28,693 bases of DNA from Cyanobacteria bacterium P01_D01_bin.156 (GTDB taxonomy: Bacteria > Cyanobacteriota > Cyanobacteriia > Phormidesmidales > Phormidesmidaceae). The stretch spans positions 1 through 28,693 of the forward strand of contig JBCCQQ010000073.1 in the NCBI GenBank assembly GCA_039024555.1, given 5' to 3'. Below the pieces are notes generated by a model. That model had not been told where the DNA came from and did not search any database. It saw nothing but the letters and a program-made list of their open reading frames with translations. The translations under genes were made by a program, and so were the position numbers. Shown here piece by piece: positions 1 through 8,751 of this stretch (the first letter of the stretch is position 1; every line of letters starts with the position of its first letter).

Positions 1-64
1 CAGACAGCGACTGGTAATAACGCTGCATCTGGACTTCGATTTCAGCAGGATAGGACACGAGCAC
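1..64 (-). mobile_element. 5' end of a probable ISAzo13-family (Rhodopirellula-type DDE) transposase, running off the left edge
   Basis: Not in the ORF track. The reverse strand from GTG at 64 reads VLVSYPAEIEVQMQRYYQSLS..., which resembles the N-terminus I recall for cyanobacterial ISAzo13 transposases (..YP.EIE..MQRYY.SLSEKDRRRYAA..). Only 21 codons are visible. The IS end should lie between 65 and ~137 but cannot be fixed. Confidence 0.65.
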
Positions 65-137
65 TTATTCTCTCAAATTACCTATTTCCCAGGTTACTCT
101 AACCATAGAAATATGGATACTATAAAATCCTTCTTCC

Positions 138-1175
138 TTATCTCTTATTGAGATACTCGGTGAGTACGGTGAGACAATTTGCGATCGCACCCAAATCAGC
201 AATTTCATATCCATGGGTATTTTGTGTTGGGAAACTCAAACAAGCGCCCTTAGCCACATGGCCAAACTTCATAGCAATAGATGCATCACTGCCAAATTGA
301 CTCACTACCGCCTGCTGTAGATGAATTCCCACATGAGACGCTGCTGTCAGAATCTCATGATTAAGGTCTTCATCGTAGAGACCGTAGCTATCTTGAGAGA
401 ACAAAACGGGACGTGGCCCATCTGCAATGGGATACTCCTTAGATAGTGGACAAATCTCCAGAGCGATCAGGCGACTGAGTTTTTGTCGTTGACTAAAATA
501 CAAGGCTCCCACTGCCCCCACTTCCTCTTTTGCAGATGCCACCAGATATACATCTACCGGTGGATTCTGAATCTGTTCTGCTAGTCCTAACAAAATAGCC
601 ACTGATGCTTTGTTATCTAGGGTATAGCTAGCAATGTGGTTGCCCAGACGAAAAGGCCGTTTACGATGTTTGCCGACGACCATGCGAGTGCCCGGTCGAA
701 TGCCGGCACTGACTAGTTCCGGCGTAGACAATTTCGTTTCAACCCAGGCGCTTTCCCACTGAACAGCTTTCCCCTCCTGCTGAGACTTTTGTGGCGACTC
801 ATGGGATACATGACGAGAGCCAAAGCTAAGAATGCCTGAAATCGTCTCCTTGTCACCTAACAGATCAACAACACCTTCTCCATAGACCCATGGATAGGAC
901 CCACCCAATCGACGTACCTGCAGACGACCGCTCGATTCAATGCCTTTAACGAGTGCACCAATCTCATCTTTGTGAGCAGTAATGGCAATCGCCCCCTCAC
1001 TGGTCTTACCTGGAATTTTGATAACAATATTATCGGCCTCATCTTGCCAGTGGTCTACGCCGAGATTATCTAACCATTGTTGAATGTAGCGATTCACTTC
1101 TTCTTCCCTCCCGCTGGGGGAGTGGCATAGCACTAACTCTTCTATAACGGTGAAGAATCGATCCGTATCCCACAC
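138..1175 (-). CDS. M42 family metallopeptidase (glutamyl-aminopeptidase/TET-like)
   Basis: Motifs SPSGREEEV, AHKDEIG, LDNK, KEEVG, GSDA and THGYE are the M42 metal-binding set; GTG start. Confidence 0.9.
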   Translation of the reverse strand: MWDTDRFFTVIEELVLCHSPSGREEEVNRYIQQWLDNLGVDHWQDEADNIVIKIPGKTSEGAIAITAHKDEIGALVKGIESSGRLQVRRLGGSYPWVYGEGVVDLLGDKETISGILSFGSRHVSHESPQKSQQEGKAVQWESAWVETKLSTPELVSAGIRPGTRMVVGKHRKRPFRLGNHIASYTLDNKASVAILLGLAEQIQNPPVDVYLVASAKEEVGAVGALYFSQRQKLSRLIALEICPLSKEYPIADGPRPVLFSQDSYGLYDEDLNHEILTAASHVGIHLQQAVVSQFGSDASIAMKFGHVAKGACLSFPTQNTHGYEIADLGAIANCLTVLTEYLNKR

Positions 1176-1176
1176 G

Positions 1177-1398
1177 CTACACCTCCGTTTGGGAGCGCAC
1201 TAATCCCTGGACCAGGTTTTCTAACTTTTCCTCAGAGCAACATTCAATCAGGGCTTCAAATACATCGAAGAGTTTCGCGGCTTCATCACCGTGCATTGGG
1301 CTTAGTCCCCATACATCCTGTACCCAATCTTGGGGAGCAGTTTCGTCGAAAATGATGCGCTCCAAAAGCTGTTTAGATTCCGCTTTTGACAGGGCCAT
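1177..1398 (-). CDS. Small acidic hypothetical protein (73 aa), probably co-transcribed with the M42 peptidase
   Basis: ATG start, protein-like helical acidic sequence, stop 1 bp before the M42 start codon. Confidence 0.75.
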   Translation of the reverse strand: MALSKAESKQLLERIIFDETAPQDWVQDVWGLSPMHGDEAAKLFDVFEALIECCSEEKLENLVQGLVRSQTEV

Positions 1399-1540
1399 AG
1401 TCAGTGCTCTCTAATGCAACCGTTCTATCGTGCCATATCCCGCTGATTGTAAGAAGTGAATACCCATATTCTTCGCGCTCATGCTCGAATTCAAAATCCC
1501 ACGCTAGAATAGTTCGAAAATCTCGTACAAGTATCAAATC

Positions 1541-2227
1541 ATGATCGATCTCTATTATTGGACCACTCCTAACGGCCACAAGATCACGATTTTTTTGGAA
1601 GAGGCGGATGTGCCTTACACAATTCATCCCATCAACATTGGTAAAGGCGAGCAGTTTCAGCCCGATTTCCTCAAGATTGCTCCGAATAATCGAATTCCGG
1701 CCATTGTTGATCAATCCCCCGCTGATGGCGGTGAGCCTATTAGTTTGTTTGAGTCGGGCGCTATTTTGCAGTACTTAGCTGAAAAGACCGAGCAGTTTTT
1801 ACCTGCCGATCTACGTAGTAAAAATGAAGCACTGCAGTGGCTTTACTGGCAGATGGGAGGCTTGGGACCCATGCTGGGACAAAATCATCATTTCTCAGGC
1901 TATGCCCCTGAGAAAATTCCCTATGCTATTAACCGCTATGTTAAGGAAACAGCGAGGCTCTACGGTGTCCTGAATACACGGTTGGCGGATCGTGAGTACG
2001 TTGCTGGAGACTATTCCATTGCCGATATGGCAATGTATCCGTGGATTGTCCCCCATGAAAAGCAGGGACAAAACCTCAGGGATTTTCCCCATCTCCAACG
2101 TTGGTTTGAGGCTATTGCATCTCGTCCCGCTGTGCAACGGGCCTATGAGCAGGCAAAAATTGTTAATCCTGCGCCCAAGCCCTTCTCGGATGAAGAAAAG
2201 AAATTATTGTTCAATTTGGAGAAGTAG
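1541..2227 (+). CDS. Glutathione S-transferase family, YfcG/Ure2p-like GSH-dependent disulfide oxidoreductase
   Basis: MIDLYYWTTPNGHK (TPNG motif), PNNRIPAI, LFESGAIL, GPMLGQNHHF, YSIADMA. Confidence 0.93.
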   Translation: MIDLYYWTTPNGHKITIFLEEADVPYTIHPINIGKGEQFQPDFLKIAPNNRIPAIVDQSPADGGEPISLFESGAILQYLAEKTEQFLPADLRSKNEALQWLYWQMGGLGPMLGQNHHFSGYAPEKIPYAINRYVKETARLYGVLNTRLADREYVAGDYSIADMAMYPWIVPHEKQGQNLRDFPHLQRWFEAIASRPAVQRAYEQAKIVNPAPKPFSDEEKKLLFNLEK

Positions 2228-2251
2228 GAGCCGTTCTTGCGATTGTCCCTG

Positions 2252-2291
2252 CAGCTGATATCAACCTCTTCCATAGCTGATATCAGCTGAT
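2252..2291. promoter_or_regulatory. Tandem/palindromic operator-like element upstream of the LysR gene (may also form a hairpin after the GST gene)
   Basis: AGCTGATATCA occurs at 2253 and 2275 (22-bp spacing). The second copy extends to the perfect palindrome AGCTGATATCAGCT (2275-2288). Confidence 0.5.
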
Positions 2292-2353
2292 TCCATGGGT
2301 AAATTGCCGATAAATTGCCACAATGGGGTGAGTCTTGTATCTTCAAGTACTTC

Positions 2354-3265
2354 ATGGCACAGGATCGTTTAGGGCAGCTAAAACCTTCGCAGCTACGGGT
2401 ACTGATCGCCGTGGCCGATGGCGGCAGTTTTAGTGAAGCAGCTCTGCAACTGCAGCTGTCCCAGTCGGCGGTGAGCTACGCCATTGCCACCCTTGAAGAT
2501 GACTTGGGAGTGGTGCTATTTTCACGTGGCCGTCATGGAGCAGTGTTAACCCCAGTAGGGCAACAGATCGTAGAGCGCGCCCGCCATGTGCTCCATCTCA
2601 TTGCAGATATCTACAATCAGGCCAACTTAGCTAAAGGCTTCGAAGGTGGTCAGTTGCGGATTGCGGCATTTCGTAGTGCCGCCACCCATATTTTGCCGGA
2701 GGTAATCGCTCAATACTGTTTGCGCTACCCTGCGATCGCAATCACTATTGCTGAATACGACGATCGCCCTGATGTAGAGTCTGATTTACGCAAAGGAAAA
2801 GCAGATGTGGGCATTACCTATTTGCCCCACGCACCGGATATTGAAACGTCGGCGCTTACCCAGGATGAATTTGTGGTGCTTTTTCCTCCAGAGGCCACCT
2901 TGCCAACACCGTTAACGTGGAAAGCCCTAGCTGCTTATCCTCTGATCATGGCACCCGATGGCGACAGCTGTGATGCCATGGTGATTGACCATGGACGTCA
3001 GTATGGCGTCGAACTGCGTCCGACTTACCAAATTCGCTCTGATGCCACCATTGTCAATATGGTGGCAAAAGGTTTAGGTTCAGCGATTACCCCCCGCTTA
3101 GCTGCAGAGCCCATTCCTAAAGGGGTGCAGGTGCGGAGTTTGCCAGACCCGTTTTACCGCACTATTTGTGTTGCAACGGTAGCAAACGCCCTACTGCCAC
3201 CACCAGTATTTGCATTTATGGAAATGTTGCAAACAGCGATGGCAAATGAAACTTTGCCAGTTTAG
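2354..3265 (+). CDS. LysR family transcriptional regulator
   Basis: N-terminal HTH (GSFSEAALQLQLSQSAVSYAIATLEDDLGVVLFSR) plus a substrate-binding domain. ATG 2354 preferred over the TTG at 2315. Confidence 0.95.
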   Translation: MAQDRLGQLKPSQLRVLIAVADGGSFSEAALQLQLSQSAVSYAIATLEDDLGVVLFSRGRHGAVLTPVGQQIVERARHVLHLIADIYNQANLAKGFEGGQLRIAAFRSAATHILPEVIAQYCLRYPAIAITIAEYDDRPDVESDLRKGKADVGITYLPHAPDIETSALTQDEFVVLFPPEATLPTPLTWKALAAYPLIMAPDGDSCDAMVIDHGRQYGVELRPTYQIRSDATIVNMVAKGLGSAITPRLAAEPIPKGVQVRSLPDPFYRTICVATVANALLPPPVFAFMEMLQTAMANETLPV

Positions 3266-3388
3266 TATTTTGTAAGTGTTACCCATCTGCAAGATAATTT
3301 TATCGGGGACATACTGACGTATAAACCAATGAACTAATTAGGCGACAACGGTATTGGCTTACAGTTATTCGTAAATTCTAGAGATAAG

Positions 3389-3417
3389 AAAAATCTCCCA
3401 TGCTTGCGCTTGGGAGA
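3389..3417 (-). terminator. Intrinsic terminator-like hairpin (minus strand)
   Basis: Stem TCTCCCA (3394-3400)/TGGGAGA (3411-3417) next to an A5 run (3389-3393), which is a U tract on the minus strand. Confidence 0.6.
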
Positions 3418-3946
3418 CTATTTAACAGGATATTTTGAAGATACTGAAGACTTGAGCCTGCTAAACCCTTCCTATAAGTAAGAAGAAGATGGCTAAAATG
3501 CGCGGTTTTTAAATTAGCTTAAGCTCAAACGGATATCAGTAAGACTCCACGATTTAACTTATAACAATATAACTGGTTTGATTGTTGTTTGTCCACAGAA
3601 CATTTAACTATATTTACCTAAACAGTACGCTCTATACTCCTGCTCTCCCATGGGTTATGTTCCCTGTGGGCGAGTCTTCTCAGAGTGCCTACAAATTCTC
3701 TGTGTTGATCATCCTCAGCGTAAGGCTTTAAATGTCTTTATATGGTTGATTGAGCCTTCTTCTAACTTAGTTATAGAAGCTTTTGGTTGTGATTTTATGG
3801 TTTTTTAAGGTTGCTCCGTATTTATATCAGGAGACTTTTGATGGGGTGGCAAAAGAGTCTCTGTGCTCGGTAGAAATTACTAGATTTTCAGCGCGTGCCT
3901 GTGCAAGATTTTGGGTGTTTTGACTAAGAAAAGTGATATAGAAAAG

Positions 3947-3980
3947 AAAAAAATCTCAGGGCCTAATTGGCCTCTGAGAT
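3947..3980 (-). terminator. Intrinsic terminator-like hairpin (minus strand)
   Basis: ATCTCAG-GGCC-taatt-GGCC-t-CTGAGAT (3953-3980) next to an A7 run (3947-3953). Confidence 0.7.
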
Positions 3981-4174
3981 TGAATGTGACAGGATACTAT
4001 GGAGGAGATAGAGAATGAATGACCGTTAATCGATTTGCAATAGTTTAATAGCAAAAATAAATGCTATTTCGTTTAAGGCCAAAACTCCTTATGTCTCTCC
4101 AGGGTTTAGTTTCAAGTATCAATGTATCTAAGTCTTTTGATGCTTGTCATTATCCAAAGGTGGAATATTGCTTG

Positions 4175-5227
4175 CTAGATTTTCACTTCGATGATTCTTG
4201 CCAAGGTTTCTAGTAGTGTCTGGTTTTGTTCTGGAGTGCCGACAGTAATGCGGAGTTTGTTGTCTAGACCTGGTTGCTGGAAATGGCGTACCCAAATATT
4301 ATGCTCTCGGAGTGCATTGTGTAGGTCTTGGCTTGAGTTGTGCTCGGCTAAAACAAAATTTCCGTAGGATGGAGACACGTGAAAGTTAAGTTGCCGAAGA
4401 CTTTCAGTTAGGTGTGTTCGATCTGACTTAATTTGGCGAATACAGTCGTCTTTATAACTTTGGTCTGCTATAGCCGCTGCTGCAACATAAATCGCGATCG
4501 CATCCACACTATAGCTATCTTTAAGCTTAAACAGACCTTCTAATAAGCTGGGCTGGGCAATGCCAAATCCAAAGCGTAGACCCGCTAGGCTGTACCCTTT
4601 GGAGAGGGTACGCAGAAGAATGACATGGTCATAATCATGAATGAGCTCTAGAGCAGAGTGGTCTCCAAAATCCACATAGGCTTCATCGATGGCAAGAATA
4701 CCGGCCACTCCTTCAGCAAGCCTACGTAATTCTTGTAATGGAACTTGATGACCAGAAGGACTGTTAGGAGATGCAATCAGTGTTAAGGCCCCTGCTGCCT
4801 GCAATAACTGTTCGATAGGTAGATGGTTGTTGGGGGGATACGCTATTTCCTGGACGGGTGCTCCACATAGCTCTCCCAAAATAGAATATAGGCCGTAGGT
4901 AGGCGTGGGATAGACAATTGTGCTTTCACAATTGCCACAGGCTCTAATTAAAAGGCCTAGCAGATCATCGCAGCCGTTACCTACAATCAACCAATTTTCA
5001 GGAATTCCCAGTATTGCTGCTGCAATCGTGCAAAACTCCTGGGCATAGGGATCTGGATAGCGCCGTAGCCACTCTCCCTCCATGGTCTGAAGCGCTGCTA
5101 ACGCTTTAGGTGAGGGGGCATAAGGATTTTCATTGCTATTTAGCTTAATGATAGATGTTGCGGGTGCTAAGTAAGTGCTTGGATGATGGCCACGGGCTGT
5201 TTGCAGTATTGGACTAAAGTATCTCAT
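4175..5227 (-). CDS. hisC: Histidinol-phosphate aminotransferase (class II PLP enzyme)
   Basis: KLNSNENPY, RRYPDP, GNGCDD, SPNSPSG, IDEAY, PLP-lysine motif RTLSKGYSLAGLRFG, LRITVGT. Confidence 0.88.
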   Translation of the reverse strand: MRYFSPILQTARGHHPSTYLAPATSIIKLNSNENPYAPSPKALAALQTMEGEWLRRYPDPYAQEFCTIAAAILGIPENWLIVGNGCDDLLGLLIRACGNCESTIVYPTPTYGLYSILGELCGAPVQEIAYPPNNHLPIEQLLQAAGALTLIASPNSPSGHQVPLQELRRLAEGVAGILAIDEAYVDFGDHSALELIHDYDHVILLRTLSKGYSLAGLRFGFGIAQPSLLEGLFKLKDSYSVDAIAIYVAAAAIADQSYKDDCIRQIKSDRTHLTESLRQLNFHVSPSYGNFVLAEHNSSQDLHNALREHNIWVRHFQQPGLDNKLRITVGTPEQNQTLLETLARIIEVKI

Positions 5228-5576
5228 TCACTTTACGGATGGTATCTGTAGTGTTTCCTAGAGAATTATGCGTATTTTTAACCTTGTCTAGCGTTTGTCA
5301 GAAAGCTCTTGTAGATAAAAATACGAGATTTACTTAGAGTAAGGTCTACAAGAGTGAGAGTGGCATGTGTAAAAAGAACGGTAATAGTGCAGCAATTTTT
5401 ATACTCACATGGGAATACTAATAAAAATAATTGCCTAACCTGTTAGCTTTGTAGTGCTGCGGCTTTGAGAACATCGAAGGCTGGTAATTTGTGCCAGATT
5501 GTTCCAGGTGAAACACCCTTGTTCTCGACATTGTTCAGTTAAGGCATTACATACTATAGATTGGTTGTTGCTCGCT

Positions 5577-6368
5577 ATGAAAGCCGCTCTAACAAACGAT
5601 ACGCTGATTCAAAAATTTTTAAAGGGAGAAGATTCTCTTCTGGCGAATAGAGAATTGCGAGTAGAGAAAGCCCTTGATGAAACGCAGCTATTAACTACTC
5701 AAGGGGTTTTACTGGCAAAAGGACGATTTAAGACGTCTGTACCTAATGTTATTGTGCGTTTTCAGTCTGATTATTGGCAGCTAATTCATCAGCTGACACT
5801 GGAGGCTAATTTCATTCCCTTTAATCTAGATAAAGATCGTTTTTCTGGAGCTACGTTTACCCAATACGATTATCACAGCATACCAGCGGGCTATCAGATT
5901 CATTGCAAAGAGGCGTCAGCTTTTTGGAAAACCTGGTGGGTGAACCATCGAAAATTAGAGCTTATGGATATGCTACTGCTTTGTGAAAAGCGTTGGTATC
6001 CAGTCAATAAAATGCTGTGTGAAACAGGCACTATATATGTGAGAACCTGGCAGGGTGAGAGAAATATGGCAGTGTCTGATACAGTAGTTTGGCTAGACCG
6101 TAACACTGAAAAAGAGCGCAAGCGAATTCAGGTGCGTAAGCATCACGGTTTGAATACAGCGGCTTCTTCTCGCGACACTGCGGCAACCGCTCCCCAGAGC
6201 ACCCCTCAAACTGATAATCCAGAGATACCGGTTATTCCAGCTGATCTTGTACAAGTAGTGAGGTCAGGTAAAAATCGCTTGTTGGTGCAGACAGTACTGG
6301 GGCCAGTCATTATTGAGGGTAAAAACTTAACCTGTACCTTGGGGCGGAAAGTTGCTAAGGTCTCTTAA
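5577..6368 (+). CDS. Hypothetical protein (cyanobacterial-type, Trp-rich core, low-complexity linker, short C-terminal beta domain)
   Basis: Long ORF filling the gap between divergent and convergent neighbours. ATG 5577 preferred over TTG 5499. No family motif recognised. Confidence 0.8.
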   Translation: MKAALTNDTLIQKFLKGEDSLLANRELRVEKALDETQLLTTQGVLLAKGRFKTSVPNVIVRFQSDYWQLIHQLTLEANFIPFNLDKDRFSGATFTQYDYHSIPAGYQIHCKEASAFWKTWWVNHRKLELMDMLLLCEKRWYPVNKMLCETGTIYVRTWQGERNMAVSDTVVWLDRNTEKERKRIQVRKHHGLNTAASSRDTAATAPQSTPQTDNPEIPVIPADLVQVVRSGKNRLLVQTVLGPVIIEGKNLTCTLGRKVAKVS

Positions 6369-6449
6369 CCAGATGTGGTAAAGCTCTCTAGTAAAAGACT
6401 TGTTGATTTAACCAACAAACCTGTCGATAAGGTGCAAAATACGGTTTAG

Positions 6450-7721
6450 TTAATCGCCAATATCGATGCGACCAACGGATGTGTCAGGGTAGTAGGCCGA
6501 TAAAATCTCATAGTACTGGTAGCCTTGCTCTGCTAAATCTAAAGCCCCAGTTTGGCTCATCCCGTAGCCGCTATGGGCATCATCCACAATGTCTTGATTG
6601 GCAGCATAGAGTGATTCTACGATACCGCCGTCATAGCTGATGAATTCTCCAGCAGTCTCGTGCACAGCTTGTTGGGTAGAGCTAGCTTCAGTGGTGATGC
6701 CTTTATACACTTGATACCGCTGAGTATCGTCTAAATCGTACGTTCGATTTTGATGGCGTACGGTATGAACGATGGCATAGGAGCGAGCCGCAACGGCTTG
6801 AGCTTTTAGTGCTTCTAGTGACCAGCTAGCAGACATTTCAGCCCCAACAACGCTGTAGAGATAATCCCTTAATAGCACATGGTTGACTGCCATCACACCG
6901 CTGTCTTGCCAGAGCAGTAGTAATCGTCCTCGATACCAGCGGTCACCCACTGCGATATAACCATCATTATCAGGCTCCAGCCAAACGGCGGTGGGGATAG
7001 GTTCTCCGTTTAGAAATAGCCCACGACTGTCGGCACTAACTTGATACCCAAGGTTTGCTGGTAAGTTTTGAATGAGCTCCCCGCTGGTGCTGATAAGGGC
7101 TCCACCAGCCGAGGCAGCGATGGCCAAAGTTGGAGCATTTTTAGCAATGGCTACCCGCATTTCTGTGTAGCCGTCAATGGTGGGGCTTTCTGAAGGCTCT
7201 GGTGGTAAGGCTTTCAGGTTGACTTGGGGTAGAGCTGCTTGAGGCTGAGGTGGCTGAATAGCGGTGGTGTCCTTGTTAGCGTTGATTTCAGCAGCCGCTT
7301 TGGCAGTTGGAGATGGAGCGGAAGGCTCTGTGGTCTGAGCAATACTGCTTGATTTTTCAGCGTCAGGGCCGCTGATCAAGGATTTGACCCTTTTTGTCAT
7401 CAACCACTGGCCTAGAGCAATTGCATCTGCTTTGATAAAAGGTTCTATGGGGGCTATTGCACTTTTCTTTGACCGGCCAGATTTGTTGCTGGGTACCTCT
7501 GGTTCAGAGGGGCTTTGAATAGCGGCATCCGGATTGGATACAGGGGTTGAAGTGTATGTCTGTGATCTACTGGCTTCTGCTTGTGGCTGCTGAGTTTGGG
7601 CGTTAGTTGGCTGACCCTCGGTGGCGGCAGCATATGTGGTGAAATCAGGAACGACCCAGCTGGTAGCTGCCATCATGCCGCACAGGGCTAAGCGTCTGAT
7701 GTGATTGGGGCAAAAACTCAT
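6450..7721 (-). CDS. SpoIID/LytB domain protein (putative lytic transglycosylase / amidase enhancer), secreted
   Basis: Signal peptide, P/Q/S/T-rich linker, then WYRGRL, YLYSVVGAEM (catalytic Glu), EALKAQAVAARSYA, YQVYKG, GMSQTGA, ILSAYYP. Confidence 0.9.
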   Translation of the reverse strand: MSFCPNHIRRLALCGMMAATSWVVPDFTTYAAATEGQPTNAQTQQPQAEASRSQTYTSTPVSNPDAAIQSPSEPEVPSNKSGRSKKSAIAPIEPFIKADAIALGQWLMTKRVKSLISGPDAEKSSSIAQTTEPSAPSPTAKAAAEINANKDTTAIQPPQPQAALPQVNLKALPPEPSESPTIDGYTEMRVAIAKNAPTLAIAASAGGALISTSGELIQNLPANLGYQVSADSRGLFLNGEPIPTAVWLEPDNDGYIAVGDRWYRGRLLLLWQDSGVMAVNHVLLRDYLYSVVGAEMSASWSLEALKAQAVAARSYAIVHTVRHQNRTYDLDDTQRYQVYKGITTEASSTQQAVHETAGEFISYDGGIVESLYAANQDIVDDAHSGYGMSQTGALDLAEQGYQYYEILSAYYPDTSVGRIDIGD

Positions 7722-7953
7722 AGGAGTAAGGATATGAATAAAAATAATTTGATAAGCAGAATCTAAATAGTATTGCTCTTGGTAGCACTATGACATTAGT
7801 GAAATTATGGTTAGCCGTTTGCGGCTTACTTTTGCCCATTATAGCTAGTCGCTTGAATCGACCAGTTTGCTTATCCCTCATTTTCTATCACTAGATTAAT
7901 GACGTCTGGTGAGTTCAGATAGTGTCACGATTTTGTCTGTGGATGTTAACCAG

Positions 7954-8676
7954 CTACTCTAGGCTAAATTGATCCCAGTGGATGATGGATCGGATGTGAG
8001 TGGGTGGCGTAGATGATGTAGGCCGGTCGGATGAACGATCAAAGTAGATGGACTGCATGCCCATACGTCGAGGTGCGATCGCATCATTATCTAAGTGATC
8101 GCCAATAAACATTACTCGCGCGGGATCTGGATTTCCGGCGGCTTCTAGGGCAAGTGTGTAGATTGCATCTCCAGGTTTGCGAATGCCGCAGGTGGCGCTA
8201 TCAATGACAAAACTAAAGTAGCTACGGAGTCCATAACGCTCCAGCATTTTAGCGGGCCAATCTGCCAAGAAAAAATTGGAGATGACCCCCATCGATACGG
8301 AGCCTTGCCATCGTTGCAGCATACTTTCCACACCAGCAGGTAGCCGTAACGTATGAGGAAAACACTGCATAAACTTTACTTCCATTTCGGCAACTACTTG
8401 GTCCACCGTTGTAGATGTTGCAGTTGGTCGATAGTCTGACAGGAGGTTGCGAAACCTCTCCTGTAGAGATTGTTCGTAAGGTTTGCCAGCGATATGGTCT
8501 AGTCGCCAACGATGATAGTCAGCCCGCACATCTTCAATATGTTTATATAAGCCTGCAGCAACAGGGACTTGATACATCGGTAATAGACCGACTTCATGAC
8601 CAGACGTATCAAAATCGTCAATCAGGGTATTAAAACAGTCAAAAAAAATCCAGTCGAGTGATGTGCTCGTGGCCAT
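7954..8676 (-). CDS. HAD-superfamily hydrolase (subfamily IA)
   Basis: Motif I FFDCFNTLID, motif II ISN, motif III RKP, motif IV FIGDHLDND. Confidence 0.9.
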   Translation of the reverse strand: MATSTSLDWIFFDCFNTLIDDFDTSGHEVGLLPMYQVPVAAGLYKHIEDVRADYHRWRLDHIAGKPYEQSLQERFRNLLSDYRPTATSTTVDQVVAEMEVKFMQCFPHTLRLPAGVESMLQRWQGSVSMGVISNFFLADWPAKMLERYGLRSYFSFVIDSATCGIRKPGDAIYTLALEAAGNPDPARVMFIGDHLDNDAIAPRRMGMQSIYFDRSSDRPTSSTPPTHIRSIIHWDQFSLE

Positions 8677-8751
8677 AGTCTAGGGATTGTCTATCTTGCT
8701 GTTTGTGCAAGAGTGCTTAACTAGAGTAGCGCTGTTGGGGATGCTAGGACG

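Noticed and set aside
4026..4082. Minus-strand 18-aa ORF (TTG start, MALNEIAFIFAIKLLQID) behind an AAGGAG
   Set aside because: The SD-to-start spacing is only 2 nt, the start is TTG, and the ORF sits in a hairpin. It is treated as part of the candidate RNA unless Ribo-seq shows otherwise.
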